This document shows positions 28,565-38,237 of a stretch of DNA of 52,147 nt, in pieces. How positions within the stretch are numbered: position 1 is the first letter of the stretch; each line of letters starts with the position of its first letter. The stretch is from Alphaproteobacteria bacterium. Lineage in GTDB: Bacteria; Pseudomonadota; Alphaproteobacteria; UBA8366; GCA-2717185. Location of the stretch: the NCBI GenBank assembly GCA_021774385.1, contig JAJFJC010000002.1, positions 1 to 52,147 on the forward strand, in the 5' to 3' direction. The notes below the pieces were generated by a model. The model was not told the DNA's origin. It saw nothing but the letters and a program-made list of their open reading frames with translations, and did not search any database. The position numbers and the translations under genes were made by a program.

Positions 28565-30028
28565 ATGAGCAACAGGCAAACAGCAATTTTTACACGGCGC
28601 GTACGTGATCATATGCGCCCCGCACCGGTTGTCGTGAGCCCTGAAACATCGACCCGCCAGGTTATTTCCCTCATGTCGGACCGCGGCGCCACGGCGGCGT
28701 TGATCGTGGGCGAAAACAATCGCGTTCTGGGAATTCTGACGGAGCAAGACGTCGTTCGGCGCATTACGTTTCGTGCTTCGGACAACACACCGATACAAGA
28801 CCTTATGACACGACCGGTGCGTACCGTCGTCGATGACGATTTTTTATATTATGCAATCTCCCTTATGCGGCGCGGCGGCTTGCGGCACCTGCCGGTCGTC
28901 GACCCCACCGGCGCCGTCGCGGGTATGGTTCATCTGGACGATGCGGTCGGTGTCGCTTCGGAAAGCCGCCTTGGTCAGATCGATCGGCTAACCGGCGAAA
29001 CCACGCTTGAAGGATTGCAGGACGTAAAAAAGGCGCAAATCGACCTGGCCGACGAACTTTTTGCCGAGAATCTTCCCGTCCCCGAAATTCAATCGGTTCT
29101 AACGCACCTCAACAATGATTTGTATCGCCGTGTCCTGGAAGGAAATCTGCGAGAAATGGCGGAATCTGGATGGGGCGATCCACCAGTCTCGTTCTGTGTC
29201 ATCGTCATGGGGTCGGGAGGACGCGGCGAGAGCTATCTGTACCCTGACCAGGACAACGGGTTCATCCTCGACGACTATCCCGATGCGCGGCATGGCGACA
29301 TCGACCGTTATTTCGTGGATTTGGCGGAACGCATGACGCGAGATCTCGACCGGATTGGTATTCCGCTTTGTAAAGGTTACGTCATGGCGACCAACCCGGT
29401 ATGGCGGAAGACCGTGACACAATGGCGCGAACAGATATCTCTTTGGTGTCGGCGACAGAGTCTTGTCGCCTTGCGGTTTTCCGATATCTTCTTCGATTTC
29501 AAAGCCGTCTTTGGCGAAATCGACCTCGCCGGCAGGCTAAGACAAGACATCACTCAAATCGTCAAAGCAAACCCGTCATTCCTGCGCGCCATGTACGAAG
29601 ACGATGTCGAACACGGTGTTGCCTTGGGTTGGTTTGGCCGCTTCGTAACGGAAAAAGACGATCCGGACCATCTCGGCGCGATCAACCTGAAACACACGGG
29701 CACGTTGCCCCTGGTCGAGTCGATCCGGTTGCTGGCACTGCGCGAAGGCATATCGAGAACCGCGACACTCGAACGCCTTTCGGTGTTGCGCGAGCGGGAA
29801 CTTCTCCAATCGGATGACGCGGATTACCTTATCGGCGCTTATCACCACATTACGCGGTTGCTGCTGCGCCAACAGATCAAGGATTTCAAAACCGGCGGAA
29901 AAGTAAGCAACTATGTTCATCCGGATACTTTAACCAAGCGGGAACAGGACATTCTGATCGACTCGTTCAAAGCAATTAAACGGCTGCGCGACCGTGTGCG
30001 GAGCGACTTTACCGGCGACGTTTTCTGA
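28565..30028 (+). CDS. CBS pair + DUF294 nucleotidyltransferase + DUF294_C protein
   Basis: Two CBS repeats (GILTEQD, RHLPVVD), NTase motif GSGGRGE...DQDN, C.GYVMATNP.W and INLKHTG. Confidence 0.9.
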   Translation: MSNRQTAIFTRRVRDHMRPAPVVVSPETSTRQVISLMSDRGATAALIVGENNRVLGILTEQDVVRRITFRASDNTPIQDLMTRPVRTVVDDDFLYYAISLMRRGGLRHLPVVDPTGAVAGMVHLDDAVGVASESRLGQIDRLTGETTLEGLQDVKKAQIDLADELFAENLPVPEIQSVLTHLNNDLYRRVLEGNLREMAESGWGDPPVSFCVIVMGSGGRGESYLYPDQDNGFILDDYPDARHGDIDRYFVDLAERMTRDLDRIGIPLCKGYVMATNPVWRKTVTQWREQISLWCRRQSLVALRFSDIFFDFKAVFGEIDLAGRLRQDITQIVKANPSFLRAMYEDDVEHGVALGWFGRFVTEKDDPDHLGAINLKHTGTLPLVESIRLLALREGISRTATLERLSVLRERELLQSDDADYLIGAYHHITRLLLRQQIKDFKTGGKVSNYVHPDTLTKREQDILIDSFKAIKRLRDRVRSDFTGDVF

Positions 30029-30039
30029 ACCGTACCGCG

Positions 30040-31401
30040 ATGCCAACTCAAACCTCACTTTTCATTTCCTTCATTCTTGCCGTATTTGGGGTGACGCTTT
30101 TTTGTGGCGTTATCTTGATTCAGTCTTCCTACGCAGGTCTAGGTGACGCGGTTCCCTGGTTGGGCGGGTTTGCTGCTCTCCTTGCGTCGGGTGCGATCTA
30201 TACAACCGCTCATATCCTTTACCGTCATTTCAAGGCGCTCCGCCGATTGCGCGATGGCGTCGTAATGCTGCTTGCTGAAAGCACAACAAAACTTCCTCCA
30301 GACGACGATTTCCCTCGTGAGATTACGCGATTGCGTGATGCTATAGGCACTCTGGTAGCCCGCCGGTTTGAACAAGGTAAGGCGCCGGATCGACGCCTTA
30401 CCGCCGTGTTGAGTTCAATTGCCGAGGCAATCGTCGTCACGACGACGTCAGGTCAGGTAAGCCTTGTAAACAACGCCGCGCGCACGTTGCTCGGGGCCAA
30501 GCGCGTCGCGGTTGGGACAAGCTTATATGCCGCCATGAGCCGCGGTGACGTTGAAACAGCGGTGGCGAGCTCCCGCGATAAAGGCCGGCCGGTGGAGGCC
30601 CGGCTGCGGACCGTCGATGGCGAAATTCTCGTCGCAAAGGTCGCCGATCTCGGCACATTCGGCGGCACTGTCATATCCTTCCCAATTGCGTCTCTCGAAA
30701 GCCACGCCGCGCTTGAGCACGACCTCGCCCTGCACGACACACCGCCGACGCCGACGCCAATCACGAAGAATACGCTGCTCACGGATTTGCCGGCCTTGGT
30801 CTTTGATTGCGAAACCACCGGTCTCGACGTCAAACGAGATGTGATTGTTGCGCTCGGCGGCGTGCGGATGCATGGAACGCAACTCTACAGAAGCGAAACG
30901 ATCGATCGGCTCGTCGACCCCGGACGCCCCATACCACCGCAATCTACCCGCATTCACGGCATCACGGACCGCATGGTGTCCGACGCTGGTGCGTTCGATA
31001 CGCACTGGCCGTCGCTTCACGCCATAATGCAGGGAACCGTGCTTGTCGGTCACAATATTGCTTTCGATATCGCGCATCTTCGCGCGGCTGCCAGCCAATT
31101 TGGGATCAACTGGACGCCACCGCCCACGTTAGACACCTTGTTACTCACCGCAGCGCTAGAGCCCTCCGCACCAGGCTACGATCTTGAAGCCATCGCCGCG
31201 CGCTTTGGCGTCAGCGTCCATGGCCGGCATACCGCGCTGGGGGACAGTTTGGTAACGGCCGAAATTTACGCCCGCCTCGTACCGCTACTCGTCGAACGGA
31301 ATGTCAGAACCCTAGGCGAGGCGATCTCCTTTGGGCTTCGCGCCAAAGCTTTTGTTAAGCGACAAAAAGAATCTGGTTGGTTTGAGTCACCGGTGGATTG
31401 A
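30040..31401 (+). CDS. Membrane-anchored protein with PAS-like and DEDDh 3'-5' exonuclease (epsilon-like) domains
   Basis: Two N-terminal TMs, PAS-like EAIVV....GQVSLVN.AA..LLG, ExoI DCETTG, ExoII GHNIAFD and ExoIII HTALGD. Confidence 0.87.
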   Translation: MPTQTSLFISFILAVFGVTLFCGVILIQSSYAGLGDAVPWLGGFAALLASGAIYTTAHILYRHFKALRRLRDGVVMLLAESTTKLPPDDDFPREITRLRDAIGTLVARRFEQGKAPDRRLTAVLSSIAEAIVVTTTSGQVSLVNNAARTLLGAKRVAVGTSLYAAMSRGDVETAVASSRDKGRPVEARLRTVDGEILVAKVADLGTFGGTVISFPIASLESHAALEHDLALHDTPPTPTPITKNTLLTDLPALVFDCETTGLDVKRDVIVALGGVRMHGTQLYRSETIDRLVDPGRPIPPQSTRIHGITDRMVSDAGAFDTHWPSLHAIMQGTVLVGHNIAFDIAHLRAAASQFGINWTPPPTLDTLLLTAALEPSAPGYDLEAIAARFGVSVHGRHTALGDSLVTAEIYARLVPLLVERNVRTLGEAISFGLRAKAFVKRQKESGWFESPVD

Positions 31402-31464
31402 TCGCGCCTCCCGGTTTCGCTACAACCGGCTCCCATTCCAGACAGGCAGGACGGCGAAATTCAA

Positions 31465-33144
31465 ATGGCACGTTATCAATACGTCTACACCATGCAATCC
31501 CTCAGTAAGACCTACCCCGGCGGGCGAGAGGTTCTAAAGGACGTCACATTGGCGTTCCTGCCGGGCGCGAAGATCGGTGTCCTGGGATATAACGGCGCCG
31601 GCAAATCGACATTGCTGCGCATCATGGCCGGGCAGGAGACGGAATACACCGGCGAGGCCTGGGCCGCGGAGGGCGCTACCGTCGGCTATCTGCCGCAGGA
31701 ACCCGTGCTGGATAGCGATAAAACGGTGTACGAGAACGTACTGGAAGGCCTTGCGGAACAAAAAGCGGTCGTCGACCGTTTCGAGGAAGTCAGCATGAAG
31801 CTTGGCGAGGTCACCGATCCGGATGAAATGACCGCGTTGATCGAAGAGCAAGCGGAGCTTCAGGAAAAAATCGACGCCGCCGACGCCTGGGACCTATCCC
31901 GCACGGTGGAGATTGCGATGGATGCGCTGCGCTGCCCCGATGGCGAAAGCGAAGTTGCCCAATTATCAGGCGGAGAGCGGCGCCGGGTCGCCTTGTGCCA
32001 ACTACTCCTTCAGAAACCATCCCTGTTACTACTCGATGAACCGACGAACCATCTCGACGCCGAATCGGTTGCCTGGCTTGAGCGGCACCTTCGGGAATAT
32101 GAAGGTACGGTTGTTATGGTCACGCACGACCGGTATTTCCTCGACAATGTTACGGGATGGATACTCGAACTCGACCGGGGTCGCGGTATTCCCTACGAAG
32201 GGAACTATTCCGCCTGGGTGGGGCAAAAACAAAATCGCCTAGAACATGAAGAGCGGGTCGATCAGGCACGCCTTCGAACACTTGCCAATGAGCAGGAGTG
32301 GATCGCGGCGAGTCCACGGGCGCGTCAGGCAAAGTCCAAGGCGCGAATCACGGCATATGAAAAGATGTTGGCCGAAAGCCGAGATCGGGGTCCGGGCAAT
32401 GCGCAGATCGTCATTCCGTCAGGTCCGCGGCTCGGCGATGTGGTAATTACGGCGGAATCCTTGCGCAAAGGGTTCGGCAACGTACTCCTGATCGAAGATC
32501 TTGATTTTATCATCCCGCCCGGGGCGATTGTCGGGATCATTGGGCCCAACGGCGCGGGGAAAACGACACTGTTTCGCATGATTACGGGAAACGAAACGCC
32601 GGATTCCGGCATGTTGCGTATTGGCGATACGGTTGAGCTCGGCTATGTCGATCAATCGCGCGATACCCTAGCCGACGACAAAACGGTGTGGGAGGAAATC
32701 AGCCAAGGCGAGGAGGAGATCGTGCTTGGTGATCGCAAGACGCAGAGTCGGGCCTATGTGGGGTCCTTTAATTTTCGCGGCCCGGATCAGCAAAAGAAAG
32801 TTGGGCAACTTTCCGGCGGAGAGCGAAATCGCGTGCACCTAGCGAAAATGCTGCGCACCGCCGCGAACGTTCTGTTGCTGGATGAGCCGACAAATGATCT
32901 GGATGTCGATACATTGCGCGCTTTGGAAACCGCGCTCGCGGATTTTGCCGGTTGCGCGGTGATCATCAGTCATGACCGTTGGTTCCTCGATCGCATTTGC
33001 ACGCATATGCTGGCTTTCGAGGGAGATAGCCAAGTGGTTTGGTTCGAAGGCAATTATCAGGATTACGAAGCCGACAGACGTCAGCGCCTCGGCGCGATTG
33101 CAGATCAACCACATCGGATCAAATACAAGCCCCTTACCAGATAG
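31465..33144 (+). CDS. ettA: Energy-dependent translational throttle protein (ABC-F)
   Basis: Two ABC domains (GYNGAGKST, LSGGERRR; GPNGAGKTT, LSGGERNR), linker PRARQAKSKAR and C-terminal PHRIKYK.L. Confidence 0.95.
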   Translation: MARYQYVYTMQSLSKTYPGGREVLKDVTLAFLPGAKIGVLGYNGAGKSTLLRIMAGQETEYTGEAWAAEGATVGYLPQEPVLDSDKTVYENVLEGLAEQKAVVDRFEEVSMKLGEVTDPDEMTALIEEQAELQEKIDAADAWDLSRTVEIAMDALRCPDGESEVAQLSGGERRRVALCQLLLQKPSLLLLDEPTNHLDAESVAWLERHLREYEGTVVMVTHDRYFLDNVTGWILELDRGRGIPYEGNYSAWVGQKQNRLEHEERVDQARLRTLANEQEWIAASPRARQAKSKARITAYEKMLAESRDRGPGNAQIVIPSGPRLGDVVITAESLRKGFGNVLLIEDLDFIIPPGAIVGIIGPNGAGKTTLFRMITGNETPDSGMLRIGDTVELGYVDQSRDTLADDKTVWEEISQGEEEIVLGDRKTQSRAYVGSFNFRGPDQQKKVGQLSGGERNRVHLAKMLRTAANVLLLDEPTNDLDVDTLRALETALADFAGCAVIISHDRWFLDRICTHMLAFEGDSQVVWFEGNYQDYEADRRQRLGAIADQPHRIKYKPLTR

Positions 33145-33156
33145 AAGGTATCCGAT

Positions 33157-34416
33157 TTAGCCGGTTGCTTTCTTCGCCGGGATTGCGAGAGCCGCCACGA
33201 TGGCGACAGCGGCACAAGCCGGTAGGGTTACTAGCGCCGCCTCGAATGCCGCAAGCGAATAGAGGCGCGCGCCGTTTTGAATGGCGCCTTCCCAATTTAC
33301 ATCCAACAGATAACCAATACCCGGCTGAAGCAGCGCGCCGGAACCAACCATGGCGGTATTGATAAATCCGGTTGTCGCGCCGCTAACCACGGCCGGAGAC
33401 CGCTCCCGGGCGGCGGCAATACAGACGACCATCGCGCCGCTCCCCACGCCAATGAAAAACAACAACAACCTGCCCATGGTCAAAGAAAGGTCAGGCATGT
33501 AGAGAAGCACGAGCCATCCCACGAGTGACAATGCAGCGGCACCCGTCATGGGCAGGCGACGACGCCCCAAACGGTCGGAAACCCAACCACCCACCGGCGC
33601 TCCAACAGCCCAACCGATTAACATGAGTGAGTTCGACCCGGCCGCCGCGACCCTATCAAGCTCATAGAGCTGCATTTGATGGGTTACGCCCCACAGCCCG
33701 GCATATGCGAGAAAAGGCGCAGTCATCGCACCGCCGTAGATGGCGATGATCCAGTTCTGCCGCCCACCCAAGACATGTATCAGGTTGTTTGAAAGCGACA
33801 TCCCGATTGCATGATGGGTTTGCCGCGTATCATCATCAGGCGGACGGTCGCGAACGATCAGCCATGTGGCCACCGCCAACAACGCCGCGCAAACCGCGGC
33901 GAAATGCATGGATACACGCCAGCCGACCGCGCCGACCAGAGCGGCAAGCGGCGCCTGTCCCGCGATTGCACCCATCATGGCCACCAACATAGTCAAGCCA
34001 GAGACAAAGGCAAAACGGTTCGACGGAAACCAATGGGTTGCCAGCTTCAGTGCACCAACGAACCCTACGGCGCAACCAACGCCGACAAGTAGGCGCCCGA
34101 TATAGGCGGACCCAATACTTTCCGATACCGCGAACAGAGCGCTTCCTACGGCGGCCAGAAGGGCCGCGGCGGAAAGCATGCGCCGCGGACCCCAGCGGTC
34201 GAGCGCGAGCCCTATTGGTATTTGCAGTCCCGCATAAGCATATAAATAGATGGCTGAAAGGTTTCCGAGGACCGTCGCGCTGACAGCGAACTCGCGCATC
34301 AAGTCGACGACGATAACGCTCGGTGCAACCCGCTGGAAAAAAGCGTAACTAAAGGATAAAGCGCCAAGCCCCCAAACCAGCCAAGCGCGATTAACGACAT
34401 TCATGCCGTTAACCAT
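33157..34416 (-). CDS. MFS transporter
   Basis: About 12 TMs; motif A appears twice (GLALDRWGPRR, GWVSDRLGRRR). Confidence 0.9.
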   Translation of the reverse strand: MVNGMNVVNRAWLVWGLGALSFSYAFFQRVAPSVIVVDLMREFAVSATVLGNLSAIYLYAYAGLQIPIGLALDRWGPRRMLSAAALLAAVGSALFAVSESIGSAYIGRLLVGVGCAVGFVGALKLATHWFPSNRFAFVSGLTMLVAMMGAIAGQAPLAALVGAVGWRVSMHFAAVCAALLAVATWLIVRDRPPDDDTRQTHHAIGMSLSNNLIHVLGGRQNWIIAIYGGAMTAPFLAYAGLWGVTHQMQLYELDRVAAAGSNSLMLIGWAVGAPVGGWVSDRLGRRRLPMTGAAALSLVGWLVLLYMPDLSLTMGRLLLFFIGVGSGAMVVCIAAARERSPAVVSGATTGFINTAMVGSGALLQPGIGYLLDVNWEGAIQNGARLYSLAAFEAALVTLPACAAVAIVAALAIPAKKATG

Positions 34417-34451
34417 GTCACGGCACCGCGTTCAGGAGAAATCCTAATTTT

Positions 34452-35078
34452 CTATTGTTTGGATTTAAGGCCTTTGGTCTTCTTTCGAAGAACCCCAAGC
34501 AACGCGTCGACATTACCGCCATTATTGCGAATGACAGCTGTAAACTCCTCGCGTTGGGTAACGCTCATACTGACCCCTTCGACGCGAACATCGACAATTT
34601 TAAAGGCATCTTCCTTGCCATGCACTTGCCAGTCCACACGGATTGAAGGACCGCCACCGCTTGGGCGAATTTCGCTCATTACGATCGAGTCGCCACGCTT
34701 CTTCGGCTTCGCGACACGCTTGATAACAAATTTCTGGCCCGAATATTCCGCGAAACGCGCGGCATAGGTCGCAACGATCAAGTCTTCAAATAATCCATGA
34801 TATTCATCGATTTCTTCGGGCTTCACACCACGCGCATAGCGCCCCAATACAAATCGGCCGATTCGCTTCACGTCGAAGCCTTGGCGGAGAAGAGCCCGAA
34901 AACGGTTTTCGCGTTCAATCGCCGACACTTCCTTGCCGGCCAAGACACGAATGGCATGATCACCCAGATTCTTAACGAAAGTACCGGGGTCGGTTTGTGC
35001 CGCAAACGAAATTTGCGCCGTGAATACGGTCAACAACAATGCCGCGCAAATTAGATTTCCACATTTACTGATCTGCAT
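34452..35078 (-). CDS. mlaC: MlaC/Ttg2D phospholipid-binding periplasmic protein
   Basis: Signal peptide, FD...IGRFVLG and IVDV.VEGVSM..TQR.EF; adjacent to mlaA. Start set at the ATG at 35078. Confidence 0.85.
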   Translation of the reverse strand: MQISKCGNLICAALLLTVFTAQISFAAQTDPGTFVKNLGDHAIRVLAGKEVSAIERENRFRALLRQGFDVKRIGRFVLGRYARGVKPEEIDEYHGLFEDLIVATYAARFAEYSGQKFVIKRVAKPKKRGDSIVMSEIRPSGGGPSIRVDWQVHGKEDAFKIVDVRVEGVSMSVTQREEFTAVIRNNGGNVDALLGVLRKKTKGLKSKQ

Positions 35079-35082
35079 AACG

Positions 35083-35910
35083 CTACCGGATGAGCTGTGC
35101 ACGCGGACCCGCGACGGCAGGGTCTTCATCCAAGGATATACTTGGCGATGGTATCGTGTCATCCGAATCGCCATTACGAATCTCGTCACTTCGGATTTGC
35201 CGATACAAGCTTCGGATCGTGGCGTAAAAATCTAACGATGATTTTTCGAGTTCATCAATCGTCTTGAGGTTGCGCGCTCGACGGTCAATTCCGCGGACCA
35301 GAGTTCGAGTAATCGGAACCGCGTTGCGATCCGTGTTATCCGCCCAAATGTTGATCGGGTCGGCAAATGTATCAACCACCAGGCCCACGACATCACGAGG
35401 GTTTGACGGCCCAAATAGCGGCAACATTAAATAGGCACCCTCGCCCACGCCCCAAGTCGCCAGGGTCTGCCCAAAGTCCTCATTGCGAAACTTGACGCCA
35501 AGATCGCCCGCGGGATCGCCAAAACCACCAAAACCAATAATCGAATTAACGGTAAACCGCGCAATTGTGTTACGTGCGCCTTCGGGATCACCTTGTAGAA
35601 TGTTATTCGCTAAAATTACCGGTGTCCTAAGGTTGTTCAGGAAATTGCGGATACTGTCCTGTAACGTTTTCGGCAACACTTCGCGGTAGATCGTGGCAAG
35701 CGGCTTGAACAGAACTGAATCCAAGCCTTGATTGAATCGGAAGATCGTACGGTTCAACGGTTCAACAGGATCATTTGTCTCATAATAAGCTTCGCGATCC
35801 GCCGGATCCGATGGCACGCCAGCGCATCCTCCCAATAAAAATAAGGAGAGCGCCGCCATCATTATGGCAAACTTCGCTTTAAAAAATAAAAATTTTGTAT
35901 TGGAAATCAC
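35083..35910 (-). CDS. mlaA: MlaA/VacJ lipoprotein
   Basis: Lipobox LGGC, DP.EP.NR..F.FN, EDFGQTL and G.G.YL.LPLFGPS..RD. Confidence 0.92.
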   Translation of the reverse strand: MISNTKFLFFKAKFAIMMAALSLFLLGGCAGVPSDPADREAYYETNDPVEPLNRTIFRFNQGLDSVLFKPLATIYREVLPKTLQDSIRNFLNNLRTPVILANNILQGDPEGARNTIARFTVNSIIGFGGFGDPAGDLGVKFRNEDFGQTLATWGVGEGAYLMLPLFGPSNPRDVVGLVVDTFADPINIWADNTDRNAVPITRTLVRGIDRRARNLKTIDELEKSSLDFYATIRSLYRQIRSDEIRNGDSDDTIPSPSISLDEDPAVAGPRAQLIR

Positions 35911-36260
35911 GCTACAGCCTCAACCGTTAACCCGATGTCGATTGGCAAATCACCGACGTTGCACCCATAAAACCAACGAAATACCGCTGCGTTTTCATTC
36001 GGCACGGCCTTTCGATCTTCAAGCAGAAACTCAACAAGGATCAAGCCTGAACTTAAAAAAACCCTTAATGGTCGAACACTCCGGCACCCAACCCAACCAG
36101 TTCCAAGACAGTCCACCGCAGACCTAGCAGTGTCGACTGAGGTATCACAAGCGGACAGATAACACCACAAAGGAACGCAACTAGCTGTGTGCTTGGTCAC
36201 ACGACTGTTGCAAATATGTCGCTTCATAATTGTCTCTTGCCGTTGAATTTAATTTAATAT

Positions 36261-36280
36261 ATATAACGATATCTTTATAT
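36261..36280. promoter_or_regulatory. SahR operator
   Basis: 20-bp near-perfect palindrome ATATAACGATATCTTTATAT upstream of sahR-metF-metH. Confidence 0.8.
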
Positions 36281-36316
36281 GTTTATTAAGAACTGCGCAG
36301 ATAATATGCTGAACCG

Positions 36317-37309
36317 TTGTTCGTTGATGAGAAAGCGTTAATTTTGAATAAACTTTTGCAGGGATTGCGAGCGGTGGCGGAACCGACACGGTTGCGGTTA
36401 CTCGCGTTATGCGCGCATGCGGAGCTAACCGTTAGCGAGCTTACGCAGATTCTCGGCCAGAGCCAACCGCGCGTATCGCGCCACTTGAAGCTTCTCGTGG
36501 AAGCTGGACTGCTTGATCGTTTTCGTGAGGGCACATGGGCATTTTATAGAATGTCCGAACAACAGGCCTGCGCAACACTCGGTCGCACGGTTGTCGATCT
36601 AATTCCGGACGACGACCCGACACTCACGCTCGATCTCGAGCGCCTCGAAACAGTGAAACAGGCAAGAGCGCGGCAAGCGGGAAACTATTTCCGAACAAAC
36701 GCGGCGCATTGGGATCAGATTCGCTCGCTCCATGTCGATGAAGCGGAAATCGAACGAAGGATGCTCGGATTACTCGGTCCGGATACGGTCGGCGACCTGC
36801 TCGATATCGGCACTGGGACGGGCCGCATGCTTGTGGTCTACGGCGCGACGGCGTCGCGTGCCGTTGGGATCGATCTGTCGCACGAAATGCTCTCTGTCGC
36901 GCGCGTAAATCTGGAAAAAGCGGGTTTGCGCAATTGCCAGGTTCGACTTGGCGATATGTATCAGCTTCCAGTGCCCAGCGAATCCTTCGACTCGATTACA
37001 ATTCACCAAGTCCTGCATTACGCCGATTCGCCGGCGGACGTTATCGCCGAAGCAGCGCGCGCGTTACGTCCAGGAGGTCGACTGATCGTGGCGGATTTCA
37101 CGCCGCACCAAGAGGAAGCGTTGCGCGACGAGCACGCTCATCGCCGATTGGGTTTTTCCAACGAAGAACTTGCCGGCTGGCTGCGGCGCGCCAACCTTAT
37201 TCCCGGCGAGCCGGTATATCTGCATGGCGAACCACTGACCGTTGGCTTATGGCCTGCGCACCGGCCAGCAAATGATGAAGCAGCACTCGAACGGCGCGCA
37301 ACGGCTTAA
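36317..37309 (+). CDS. sahR: SahR: ArsR HTH + SAM-methyltransferase-fold regulator
   Basis: ArsR HTH (EPTRLRLL...SQPRVSRHLK) fused to a LDIGTGTG SAM-binding domain; heads metF-metH. The start may be the TTG at 36344. Confidence 0.85.
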   Translation: MFVDEKALILNKLLQGLRAVAEPTRLRLLALCAHAELTVSELTQILGQSQPRVSRHLKLLVEAGLLDRFREGTWAFYRMSEQQACATLGRTVVDLIPDDDPTLTLDLERLETVKQARARQAGNYFRTNAAHWDQIRSLHVDEAEIERRMLGLLGPDTVGDLLDIGTGTGRMLVVYGATASRAVGIDLSHEMLSVARVNLEKAGLRNCQVRLGDMYQLPVPSESFDSITIHQVLHYADSPADVIAEAARALRPGGRLIVADFTPHQEEALRDEHAHRRLGFSNEELAGWLRRANLIPGEPVYLHGEPLTVGLWPAHRPANDEAALERRATA

Positions 37310-37370
37310 GAAAGTCTAAAATTTTTTGAGCGATATACCGGTGCATCCGCGCCAAGCGAAGGAAAACATT

Positions 37371-38234
37371 GTGAGCAACGCCCCTTTAGTCAGTTTTGAA
37401 TTTTTTCCGCCACATGATGACGCGGGAGAGGCCCGATTATGGAACGTCATGGCGCGTCTAGCGCCGTTGGACCCGTCTTTTGTATCGGTAACTTACGGCG
37501 CGGGCGGAACAACTCGAAAAAGAACGGACCGCGTCGTGAGAAGAATCCATGACGAAACCAGCGTTCCGGTCGCGGCGCACCTAACCTGTGTCGGCGCCAG
37601 CCGCGATGAGGTAAACGAGATAGCGTCCGGATGGTGGGATGCCGGCATCCGGCAGATCGTTGCTTTACGCGGCGATATGCCGGATGCCGAAACACCGTAC
37701 GCACCGCATATCAACGGTTACAACAATGCCGCGGACCTGGTTGCTGGATTGCGAGGTCTCAACGACTTCAATATTTCCGTCGCCGCCTATCCAGAAACCC
37801 ACCCCGACTCGCCAAGCTTGGTGGCCGATCTCGATAACCTAAAACGGAAAGTCGATGCGGGGGCAACACAGGCCATTACGCAGTATTTCTTCAACACAGA
37901 AGATTTTCTCAAGTTTCGCGACAGGATCGACGCCGCGGGAATTGATATTCCAATAATTCCCGGAATTCTGCCCGTAACGAACTTCGCCAAGGTCATAGAG
38001 TTCAGCGCGCGATGTGGCGCATCGGTACCGGATTGGATGGCACGGCTGTTCGATGGTCTCGACGACGATCCGGAGACACGCAAACTTGTCGCCGCTTCCG
38101 TCGCCGTCGATCAGTGCCGCGCGTTGCAAGCGGAAGGTATTCAGCAGTTTCATTTCTATACGCTCAACCGGGCCGAACTGACCTATGCAATCTGTTGGCG
38201 GCTCGGGTGTCGGCCGCTTGTTGCGGCAGCCTGA
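37371..38234 (+). CDS. metF: 5,10-methylenetetrahydrofolate reductase
   Basis: SFEFFPP, SVTYGAGG, AHLTC, ALRGD, AYPE.HP and HFYTLN. GTG start at 37371 with an AAGGA RBS. Confidence 0.96.
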   Translation: MSNAPLVSFEFFPPHDDAGEARLWNVMARLAPLDPSFVSVTYGAGGTTRKRTDRVVRRIHDETSVPVAAHLTCVGASRDEVNEIASGWWDAGIRQIVALRGDMPDAETPYAPHINGYNNAADLVAGLRGLNDFNISVAAYPETHPDSPSLVADLDNLKRKVDAGATQAITQYFFNTEDFLKFRDRIDAAGIDIPIIPGILPVTNFAKVIEFSARCGASVPDWMARLFDGLDDDPETRKLVAASVAVDQCRALQAEGIQQFHFYTLNRAELTYAICWRLGCRPLVAAA

Positions 38235-38237
38235 TCG

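Noticed and set aside
28565-31401. NTase + nuclease pair as an anti-phage (CBASS-like) system
   Set aside because: The NTase is the CBS-DUF294 GlnD-like type rather than a CD-NTase, and the context is transporter and core genes, not a defence island.
35911-36260. Possible SAM riboswitch, sRNA or CtrA box between mlaA and sahR
   Set aside because: No SAM-riboswitch core was recognisable by eye, the SahR operator already explains met regulation, and the TTAA pair at 36053/36065 has 8-bp rather than 7-bp spacing. An Rfam scan would be needed to exclude an sRNA.
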